A stretch of 64,000 bases of DNA from Podarcis melisellensis (lineage: Eukaryota). This document shows positions 51,601 to 63,600 of the stretch, piece after piece (position 1 is the first letter of the stretch; each line of letters begins with the position of its first letter). The DNA lies in the NCBI GenBank assembly GCA_964234715.1, contig OZ174280.1; one strand, given 5' to 3'. Position numbers and translations under genes: made by a program. The notes beneath the pieces are model-generated. The model was not told the DNA's origin, did no database searches, and saw only the letters and a list, made by a program, of their open reading frames with translations.

Positions 51601-54600
51601 GCAAATGGCAGGTGGGGAGGGCACTCTTGCCCTCAGGTTCTGCTTGTGGGCTTTCCATAGCCATGAGGTTGGCCACTGTGAGAAGAGAATGCTGGACTAG
51701 ACAGGCCTTTGTTCTGGTCCAGCAGGGCCCCTCTTGTGTTATACTATACAGATAACTACTTGAAGAACACGGGGGGGGGGGGAGATAAGCAAGTTGCTTT
51801 TCTTCTTTGAGGTCTCTGTGTAGCCTCACAAGTGGGCGAATGGTAAATAACTGGATCAGATCAGCAGGTCTTGGGACTGAAACCCAAGTACTTACAATAC
51901 CGTAGCTAGAGTAGGAGGAGAAGCTGAAGCAGAGATGGGAGTCTTTGCCAATGTGTTACTGTGGCTGCTCCTGTCCATCAGAAATTTATTTATTTATTTA
52001 TTTGAACAATTTATATACAGCTTAACTCCAATGATATTCTAAGCTATGCAAAAGAAGCTCAATTTAAGGCAAATAAAAATCAAGTACGTGGATCTTAAGG
52101 GGCAAAGAGCTTTGTCTCCTCTGAGTGCATGTTCAGTCTTAGGCAAGAGGTCTTAAGTCATCAGAAGCCAATTGGACAGTGGGGTCAGAAGCAAGGTTGG
52201 AAGGTGCCAGAACAGAGACTGTTTATACAGCTTCCCTGGAAAGTCCCCCCACCAATTCAGCAGAGGAGGCCTTTACCAAAAGCATAAACTCTAAAATGAT
52301 AATTTCCTTAGCAACAGTGCTCAGTCTTGTGCTCCCCAACTAGACATACCAAGCAATAACCTTGCCTGCTTCCACACCTGAGGTGCTTTTTAAACATTAC
52401 CTACTGTGTCACAGGGGTGGTGGTAAAATAAAATAAAATGATTTTTGCAAAATGCAAATGGAGTCTAAGCCAATTAACTGAAAATACTAAGAAAATGAAA
52501 GAAAAATGAGTAAAATCACTGAGCTCAGAGAGGACGCTCAGATAAAGTTCTCTGTTATGCTGCAATGATCAGAAAAGAACTGAGGAAGGCACCACTTTGC
52601 CCCTTGCGACAAGTGCATGAAAGGCCTGGCTAAATTGTTGTTCTGTCCAGTTGTTCTTAGGCTGCAACTGTCCTCAGCCCCAGCCAGCATGACCAAAGGG
52701 TTAGGGATGATGGGAGCTGCAGTCCAGTAATATCTGGAGGACTACAGATTAGCCACTCCTGCTTTAGTTCCTGAGATGCTCTGAGAGGCACAGGAACTAC
52801 AAGCCCCATCCCACTCCACATTCACAACATAAAAGCATTAGCCATGTCAGTTAAAAAAACCCAAAACCAAACCTGGGTAAAATTAGAATCTAAATAGTTA
52901 TGTTCTGAAAATATTGTTGGTACTAAGCAGCTTTCACTCAGCAGGTGTTCCTTTTTGTAATCTTATCATGGTTTCAGACAAACAATTTAGTGGTGAAAGG
53001 ATTAAAACAATTTTTGTGGCATTATAGATTTCTCCTCTATGTTTGTAACTAGGACACCTGGGACTGATTTGCTGTCTCCTTGTATGTTCCAGCAGTGCTG
53101 ACTTATTTGCCTCACGAAATGAGGATAAGAGGCTAACTCTGCTTGTTTAAAATTGCAAGCTCTTGGACCACACATGGTTCTTTCCTTAGGGAGGAAAAAA
53201 GGCATTGCTTCTAGGTTGGCACATAGCAAAGATGAAGATCATAGAAATAAATCATGGAGAGTGAGTTATTTCACATGTTGAACAGATTCTTAAAAGATGC
53301 AGCATATGCACTAAGAACAATCCTGTAGTAGTTGGTCTTCTCATAGTACCATATGTATGACACTTTCTCAAACATGGAAATTGTTTGTAGTGTTGGAAAA
53401 TGTGTATAGTGTAATATATGAAGTGAAATGAGAGGGATGTGAACATCTCAGGTTCATACATCAGGAAGCCATGGTGGTATTTGTTTCCTTATGTGTACAA
53501 GCCACCCATCATATATTACAGGACACACATTTTTTCCTACTCAGAGATGATGTTTGAAAAGTAATATGCAAAATGGCCTTGAGACATAGAGGAGTTGGAT
53601 TAGGTTTGAAGCCAGAGTTGATTTTTTCCATCTCTGACTTCCATGGGATATTTCAGCTTTCATCCCCAGACCTACTGTAAAGATTAAACCCAGCATTTTC
53701 CTGGCATTGGTACCACTGAGGTTTTCAACCAAAGTTTCATAATTGTACCCTATAAATTTTTAGGCACTGCTTGTGGAGCAAGCTGAAGTATCTAAACATA
53801 ATTATATTATTTTGTCATAATTTTACCCTCCTCTGTGCATTGTATTTTGCAATCTGTCCTTAATGTCTGAAATAATCACAGAGCTATAATCAAGAACTAA
53901 TGAATAACTCTTCATTCTTGAATCACAGCATCTCTCCCTGCTGTTTACAATCTGAGTGCACCATAGTTCCTCCCCCGCTGCCTTGCCTTCTGCCATGCAT
54001 GTGGGTATGCAGATGGGCAGTTTACTAGCTTAAAATGTTTACATGCAGCTGTGTCATTCAGCAATGATTTCCTGCTTGGGTTTTATGCTGAGTTCAAAAC
54101 TGACAGTCCTGTGTTTCTCTCAGACGCTGACCAGAGCATTTATGGGATCCATTACATATAAAATTGCTGCGTTTGGCAGAGGCCAACATTGTCTGATGCA
54201 ATGATGCCCAGCAGGGCATTAAAGAGATGGAAACGGGAAGATGGCAAAGCTTGTCTCAGGATGCTTCTACCTAGCATAATATTGCCCTTCAAAAAATAAA
54301 AATAGGGGTGTATGTGATAAACAGCATGATCTCTAGCTTGGCACTATCAACCTGCTTCCTTTGTACCACACATTTTGTAGGAAAAAAATAATCACATGTG
54401 AATGCTGGTCATTCGGTGCTGCTTAAGCAGAGCTTATTGTGGATTGTCCCAGGGTCTAATGCTTTTGGAAGGTATTGTTTTATTAGCAGAAAGGCAGTGA
54501 GCAATAAAGCCTTTGGAATTTTCTTTAAGGCTTTTGCCAACACTAGTGACGGCGTGAGAATCTTACATGGAAGTATGCCAGCCAATGTGGCAAATTAATA

Positions 54601-57600
54601 TGGAGCTGGAGCAAGAAGGAAGGGAAAGGCAGGAGGATTAACACTAACAGAGGCCAATAAGAAGGAAGATGGGAAGAGCCAAAGTAGCCCATCTTGATTC
54701 TTCAGGTAAGACAGAAGCAGCAGCTGCCTGCTCAGATTATAACAAAGGTGCCATCTGCACCATACATTTAAAGCAGCACCATACCACTTAAAACAGTCAT
54801 GGCTCCCCTTCAAGCATCTTGGGAACTGTAGTTAGTTGAAGATGCTGTGAGCTCTGATAACTGTAGCTCCTTGAAGGGAATAGCAGTCCTCCAACAACTC
54901 TCATCACTCTCTGCAGATGGGGCATAAGAAGAGGTAAACTGATAAAACCCAGACATTTCCCCTCTTATCCTGGATCCTATACCTTCCCCAAAGGCCTCCA
55001 AGTGATTGAATTGTACTGTCTGATCCACATACAGAAAATAATTCAGCCACAAGTGAGTGAAAACTTGCAGTCATGGCAGCTGAAGCCTGCAGAACTCTGC
55101 AGGAGGAGGAATATAGTGAAGCAGAACAGAGGCAGACAACTTACACGCCGATGGCTGAAACAGGACTCCCCAGCAGCATAAAAATCTCATTTGAAAAATG
55201 TGGAGTTTGGCCTTATTGCCACGGACAAAGTCTCATGCAAAAGGTTAACTGAGTAAGAAAAACAAACTGCATGCAAAATCTGTTGATTTCTAAGACAAAT
55301 CTAAAACAATTCTGGGGTTGGCTTTTTATTTTGAGGGCTAATATTTTTAGGACAAGGGTAATGCACACATGTTCACCAAATGAACATCCACACTTCATCG
55401 CACAGGAAGCTTCATGAATGTTTTCATGGAAGGGATGAAATTTCCATTATCCAAATAAAATATGTAAAATTAGCCACAGGCCTACAGCTTACAATATATT
55501 TATAAAATGTCCTTCATGCAGAGCAAGATTCCCGCCTCTGCAGAACAGGATCCCAAGAACGGGCGTTTAGCAAAGCACACCCTAAATCCTGAAAAATATT
55601 TGACAACGCTGTTAGTAACAAAAACTGGCCCACTGTCATGCCAAAAAGCAACAAAACCAGCTACTCCAAAATCATGTCATACAGATAATTCTTGGATGGT
55701 CTCCTCTGCCTCCTAGTCCTCAATATGGTGCTCTTTGGCCTGACCCCCGGCAGGGATGGACACAGCCATTGCTTATACTTCCTTGTACTGTTTCTTGCTT
55801 GCTTGAGAAGTTTTTACTACAAGTGTCACTCCCATTTCGCTGGCTGTCATTCATTTTTATTTTCTATGTTTAAAGTTAAACACCATAAAACAGTATTAAT
55901 GAGTATTAGCATTTTAATAGCGCCTTGTGTGTTTTTTTAATACTGATCTGTGATGAAGTGTGAAATCTTTTATTGTTGCCAGCCCCCACCTGTGAAATCT
56001 GCTATCCTTTCTTTAGCACTGCTTACAGGGTGGGAGTGTTGCCCTCCTCATTAAGAAGAGCAACACCATCACTTATTTTCTCAGGTACAATAGTAGTTAC
56101 AAAGACCAAAGCAACAGAGCAGAATTGTTCCTTTAATTTCAGGGTCCCCCTGACTGATTGCTTCATTTGAAGGTTTGTTGAGACTGTAGGTAGGGTTTCT
56201 TAACATACTGAGGGATTAAGCCTAAACAATTATAAAGTTACTTCCCTGGAGCTTTTGAAAAGAGCTCTTTGGTTCTTGGCTCAGTTCCTCTGTTGCCTCC
56301 CTCCCACTTTTTAGTATCTTTCTACTATTAATATCTGCCACTGCTTTGCCTTCGCCTCTCAAGCCAGCTGCACCTCCTATGGGAAGTTCACCTGACACTT
56401 CTGGAGAGCTGTGACTTGATATTGCTCCGGTCTGTCTTTTACACCACCATCTGGTAATATCTGGCTAGAATTTAAGCAGAGATTTGGCTAGGTTTCCTAC
56501 CTCTATTATGACCAGGAAATTCATATTGATCTTAATAGGAATAGACCAGTGTTACACCTATAGCAGTATGGGTTTCTAACCGACAGATGCTTGTCAATTA
56601 AGTATTAATCCTGCCAATTCAGTCCTGATGAGTTTTGCAGATTCAAAAAAATAAGAAAGATGTAAGTGGGGGCAGAGGAAGGGAGGGAGGGACAAAAAAG
56701 TAAAGAGGATAGAAGAAAGAGAAAAGTTAATTATGAACCCTGTTGGTACATAGTTCATGGTTCTCATCGTTTTAAGGGATAAAGCCAAATAACGTTTAAA
56801 AATGCCGTGTAAACCAGGCGCACTCTTGTTGGATCTCAACATTATTTTCTCCTGATCCTTTGATGGAGATTAAAAATTTCCATGTGAATACAAATAATGA
56901 AACAACAGTTACTTGGAGGTTTCCCCCCAGCTCTCTATTTCTCCAAACTAGAGCAACCAGTCACAATTCCCCTCCCCCCCTCAATCCCCACTGCTTTAAA
57001 GGAAAAAAAAAGTCAACTCACTTTGAAGAAAAAAGACAAAACAATGCCAAGAACAGGGGGATTAGGGAAATGATATTTATATCATGGACCAAATTAAAAT
57101 GTCAATGCAGGAGGCGGGCAAACAGCCCCTACCATATATACACACCAAACATGTCTCTTCAAGTAAAGGGAAAAGAGATTTGAAAAGAGTTAATGCAGCC
57201 CCCAGTTAATACCACCTGCTTCAGACTCCACACTCCTTAAAAGACAGGGTTTGGGTTGATTTCCCACAATATGGCTTTAGTGAGCACAATGGAAGAAGCC
57301 ATTATTAGCTTCTTCTTTTTTAAACTTTCTTTACTGAGTCCCGTCTCTAAAACATAGGAATTTCAGAGACATGCTAAGAATGCAGTGCTAGCAGATGTGC
57401 GTTATATGCAACAGTAGGGAAAATAAACAGGCATACAATTTTTGGCCTGGACTGTGTGTACATCATTTTGCCTCATGTCTTTCCATGCTCACAGATCCCG
57501 TTTGATCTCCTGGAAAAAAATGGCATCCACAAGTGTGGAGATTGCACTACTTTTCCATTCTACTGAAAAAAAAGTCACTCTGCAGTCTGAGAATAGATGG

Positions 57601-60600
57601 AAGAACTTCAAAGAAAATACAGGATGACAATGACGGATGGTGGTGTCATGAGGGTGTTTCATAAAAACAGCGAAGAAAGCATGGCAATTCCACAGTATAT
57701 GTCTACTGTAGAAGCACTGGATAAAATCTATTCTTTCCCTCATGCAGTGCTTATATTGCCACTGAAAGTGTCACATGGCTGTGGTTACAAAATGATATGT
57801 TCATCTACTGTTGTGTACCTGTTATATTACTAGTAACAAGAGTTTAAGTCCAAGGAAACAGATCAGTTTGATGACTTCAGGGTCTCCATTTAGTCTGACA
57901 GTTCTATGCCATTGAATTTTATAACACAGAACAGGTACAGACCTTAAGTGGAACTATAAAGCCATGTTCAGAGATGTACCATATCTTGGAGTTAGTTATT
58001 CCAGACTCCTGTTCCCAATTATTCATTGTTTCTGGTAACAAATTCAAAAAACAAAACAGTAATCTCACTTAAATCAAATTAAGGTGCTTCTTAATATACC
58101 CCAATGTATGCAAAAATGTCCAAAGGTACTCAAGAAGGTGGTATAGCCCCCGGCATGCTTGGATAAAACATTATTTGGAGCCAGACTGGCTTCAGACTGG
58201 TTTGGGGTCTGAAACTGACTCAGTTGCTCTGGTTGATCGTTGTTGGGAGAGAGACGGTGTGTGTGACCTTGTTGATTCTCCTTGACCTTTCAGCAGCTTT
58301 TGATACCATTGACCATGGTATCCTCCTAGACCTCTTGCAGAATTTGGAAGTTGGGTGCACTGTTTCATGGTGGTTCTGCTCTTATCTCTGAAAGCAATTC
58401 TAGAGCATAACACTGGATGACTTCTGTTTGGTTCCATGAAAGTTCTTCTGTGGTTGCCCAACAGGATTTGATCTTGTTGCCCAAGCTATTTAACAGCTAT
58501 ATGATGGCGTCATTAGAGGATCTGGGGTGAGGTGCCATCACTATGTTGATGACATCCAGTTCTCTCTCTGTTCCATCAGTGTCAGGAGATGAAGTCCAGA
58601 CAATGAATCTGTGCTTAGAGGCAGTAATAAGCAGCACGTGGACCAAAAAACTGAAGCTAAATCCAGGTAAGATGGAGGTGCTATTTGCAGGTAGTTCCCA
58701 GGTCTGGGACCAACAGCCTCTTCTGGATGGGGTTGCTCGTATTTTAATATATCAAGAAATCAAAGGATTCACATACAGTTCTATGATTCAAAATACTCAT
58801 ATACCTACAACACTCTGAAATGACAGTTACAAAGACTGTTAAAATCTGACAGTGTGCACATCTGAAAGCTACAAATACAACTGAGACCAGCTAGGAAACA
58901 TAGGCACCAAAGAAATCGAAGTAGCGCTGAGCAGAGAAAAAGCTTCCTATGGAAGAGATGGTGACTTCAGTGCCCTCAAAGTTTCATTCCCTTTCAGGTA
59001 CTCTGTCCTCCCTTACTGCAGGACCACCCCCAACTCTGTAAATCCTCAGATTTAAGAGTTATTGAGATAAAATAAATGGGACTGTTTAAAATGTAGGCAA
59101 GTGTGAAGCAGTGGTCTCCTCATAAGTAGGAAGGAAAAACAACAACCACATATCCTTAATTGCACATTTACTTAACAGACAAAACTTCATATTCCACATT
59201 ATAAATAATTAGGATATACATTTTGTTTGCATTTTGATTACTAGAAATATTGCAATTTGCTCAGTTTCTTCTGAACAAATTTGTTTCTTTATGCATTTTA
59301 ATCACAAGGAAAGTATTCATTATACAGCCTGATTTTTACAGGGCAAAAAAATAAATTCCAGCCATACGGCTGACGTGTTCTCTATTAGATGTCCACAGAG
59401 CAAGCTCTGTTTTGCAGCCATCTTTTCGGCATGCGAGAAGAGAGAGAAAGAGAGAGAGAGAGAGAGAAAGCATGCATTAAGCCAGGAGTTTGGCTCTGCC
59501 AGACCTCCCTCACAGTCTGTAGGCCTTGCCAGGAAACACAGGTGACAGTGTGAATGATAAAAAGGCATTGAGAAGGGAAAGCAAAGCTATGGGCTGGTTT
59601 AGTCTGGGCAGCATCTTAATGTAAACCTGCAGAGGCCTCTGTGTACAACATACCACAAAGCAAATCAAGCAGAAGCGTATGGACAAACTATACCCTCATC
59701 AACTGAAGCAGAGCTTCCCACCCCCTGGTAATCTCAGTATTCTTCATAGGAGGTACAGGACACATTTCAACTTTTCCCTCGCAGGAAGAATTTCAAACTG
59801 TAGCTGAGGTTGGAGAAGTGATCTTTTCTGGAACACTTTCCCAGAGAAAGGCAGGTCTGGAGGGCTGGCTGAAGGAAAAGGAAGGGGAACTATACAGGAA
59901 GTGGTTTATCAAAATGCAGGGTTTTTCAACCATTTATAGTTGTTTTTTAAATTCCTGTTTTTCAGAAGCACCAAAGGTGACAATTTAGCTAGTCTGAATA
60001 CAAGCCAGCCAAGAGCTACAACTGGAATGTAACAAGCTTTTCAGCAGAGCACAGTAACCACGTTACTCAGCGGACTGCTCCACGCGTAGCTGTTGAATCT
60101 CACTAAGGACAAAAAATTAAAAATTTGACAAAATAAAGACAAAACTAATTCATCAGTTTTAAATTCTAGCTTGGTTTATTTAAGAATATATATAGGAAGA
60201 TAGGTTACTCAAGAGGAAGTTGTCCTCAAATCTTCCTTTTGTAATAGGTGCCTGATTCTATTTTGCTCTCCTTCTTGTTTAGTCAATGCATGCCTTTCAC
60301 CCTCAGAATCAGGCTCAAAGGTTCATTTTACTAAATAATTGCCTACCTTAGCTGTGGAGTAGATGAGTGGCAGCATGGTATAATGGGCTCGGACCTTGAG
60401 CCAGTCACTATCTATTGGTCTAGCTTACCTTACAGGGTTACTGGGATGATAAAATGGGGAAGAACTGTATCCAGCACTCTGAGGTCTTTGGAGGCAGGTG
60501 GTGGGAGAGGTTAACTGTAATAATGAATGAAAACCAACCAGCACAGTTTGAATCTAGATAAATGGCAACTGCTTGGTCTGGTGATATAGGAAGGTGTGGA

Positions 60601-63600
60601 ACTTCCCGCTATAGACGATATCCAGCCCCCCGGTCCTGTTCTGCTGGGAGTCATGAGGACTAGAACCAGAAATTTATTCATTTCATCATTTTCTATCTTG
60701 CCTCTTTCACCAAAGAGATTCAATGGGACTTACGAACAGTATTAAGAACAAAATTAAAATAATCCCTAAATGTACCCCATAAGCATTCAGATTAATTAAG
60801 AACAAATAAATTCCAGAAGCACAAAAGTAAGCAAAACTGACCCAGCAAAACTTAAAACATGAACCAAATGCATTTTTTAAAGCCAAGTTTTAGCTTATCG
60901 TATTAATCAATAGAGTAAGGGTTCCCAACAGATCTTGCACAGCAAGGGACTCTATAGGGTAGGTGGCACAACAGAAATGGCCCTACTCATAGCTAACACC
61001 AACTTCACCTCCCAAGGTTGAGGGATCTGAATCAAAGCCCCAGATGACACTCAGTATGTGCAGGGAGGAACATTCTGAATAAGACAGTTTCCAAAGCACA
61101 CAGATTCCAATATACGTTTAAGACCAGCACCTTGAATTGAGCCCAGAAAATCACATAGAACCCAAATGATAAAATCAGAGTGCTGCGGTTCTGTCAGCAT
61201 TCTACATGCAGTATTCTGCAAAAACTGAAGCTTCGAAATAGTTCCACATAGAGCATATTACAGCAGCCTAATCTGGAGGTCACTACAGAATGCAAAGTCT
61301 GCCTTTCTCACAAATGGCTGTAGAATATTCAAAAGCATAAAGGCACAACAGAACATTCTCCTCCCCCCTTCTCTCCACAGCCCCCCACCGCCCCCCAAAC
61401 CTGGCTTAGGGGTTCTTGCAACAATTTGGAGCAGATTTGTGGAGAGTGCAGGGTATGCACAGCGGGAGGAAAAGCCCTGTTGTGCAAGAGGAAATCCTTG
61501 CACTCATGAGATGTGGGTAGTTGAATACAGTACTGCCCCTGTCCTTTTACCATTCGAGTGCATTGTACTGAAGGGAACATCCTGCATGTAGATGTATTTT
61601 TGAAGCTGACCTCTCTTCCTTGGCTGGCTTTTTCATGAACAAGTCAAGGTTTAGTAAACTATTATCTCTGCTGTATCACGTAGCAGCATTTTTTTTACTG
61701 ATTTTCATTCTATCCCACTCACACCAGCTTTTTTAAAAGTGAAAAATAGAGTTGCATTCATGAAGTTTCCTAAATCCAGACATTTGGCTTTCAAGGTGAT
61801 GAGAGACACTGAAGTACACAGCCTATTTCATTTACGGTAGTGACTACAGCAAGTGGTAATAAAAGTGAGGGTCCTTGGGCTCAACTATGGGCTGCTCCTG
61901 ATTTTAAGGCAAATGCGCCGACTTTTTCCTACAAAGACTGTTCTAGCCAGGATTGCTCTCTTCCATAAATGGTTGTTTTGCTTCCTCTCAGTGGGTGGTC
62001 TCAGTTTCATAGAAGAAACACCACAAGTTAAAGAATACAGGATGTATCAAAGATGTGCAAGGTTATCCAGGATGGGCTGGGATTTGCAGATGCACCAAAC
62101 AATATACACACAAAAGGAATGGAAATATGTTAATTTTGTTAACAAGGAAGCCCCAATAGATGTGAATTAAGAGAAAGCAGGCACGTATTAGGTTTCTCTA
62201 AGAAACCAGCAAGATTATTGGTTCAGTGTGGTATATCCCATCTTCTATTGCTACTGCTTTTGGGTGGGAAGTTATCAGTCATAAAAAAATACACATTTGA
62301 GGGTTTGGATTTAATTTAAGTGTCTAAACAGCTTGCTTTGGTCTTGTCAGATACAGTTAACTGTCAAGCATTTATGCTGAACAAACTTCCCTCTCATTTG
62401 ATATGTTCAGCTAGCAGAGGTCCTGTGGCAACTTCTTAGTTAAAACCAATGAGCCTTCCCATATCACACATGGCACCAGTGGTCAACTAATTTTGGATAG
62501 ACTTGGTGGCCAGTGCATCTTTTGTCAATATGATCAATGTCATTTCTTGTTGTTGCTGTCGTATTTATAGTGATTCAGTACAATGCCTTGCAGCTGTGTC
62601 TGCAACTATGCAATCTGTACCAATGTTTCAGGAAAACTCAGTTAAAAAGTTAATGGTTAAAAGAACATAGCCATCACTAAGAAGCAGCTCTGACACCAGC
62701 TGTATCTCTGAAACACAGCAGAAGGTCAAGGACAAACAGAGGCACCTCTGTGGTTCTTCTGCAGTTCAGAAATGGAAAGGGGCTGTGGACTCCTGCAGGC
62801 CTTCTCTGCACCTGCCATGCAGCTGGAGTTCCATCCACCTGAGGCACAGGCACAAAAATGAGCCAATGGGGAGGGCAAAGGCTTGTTTTAGCTCTTTGCT
62901 GGCATTGAGCAAGCATGAAGCTAAAGCAAATTGCAACCTTCCTCCCATCTTTGGGGCTGGAATCATCCCTCCACCTTTGTAGCTCTGTTTCTGGGAGGAA
63001 GCTTCTGGCTTCTCTTGTTCACCAGAGCCCAGCTGATTTTTCATCAGGTGAGGGCTAAAAGCAAGACTGCTGAACACAGTGTCTCACCAGAAGTGCTTTC
63101 TTCCACTAATAGTGTGCAGGGGTGATATACAGACAGGGTTGTATTCAACATATCACTAAGCAAATCATTCTTTCCCTTTCCTCCCCCAATGTGCTTCCTA
63201 AAACTGTTCTGAGCTCCCCCCCCCCAACCCTCCAAAGCAGATTTGGAGATTGTGTGGCATAAAGGGGCATTTGTATCTGACATTGTCACTACAGGGTTGG
63301 CATAGGCGGTGGAAGAGATTAACCTATGGAACACAGGTTAGGTAGAAAATACTGCAGCTGCTAGAACGGCAAAAGCTTAAGGGTTTGTTGTGTTTTTGTT
63401 TGTTTTTTAAGAGAGGAGGAATTTAGGAAGCATTCAAACCCAATCACAGCAATTAAATGGGGTTGAGAATCATAAAAGTATCTTCTCTCTGCCCACCCAC
63501 CCACCCTCTTCCAACAGTGGAAGAATCTCTGAACAGAAAATCCCACCTTATGCATTCCACATAATTTCTAATGTGATTATTAAAATGCTTTAAAATGCAA

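Noticed and set aside
57489-57743. ORF containing TLVDAIFF, superficially like the EIF2B3 GL(V/M)DAH exon
   Set aside because: The true exon is at 63636-63725 with proper splice sites; similarity here does not extend.
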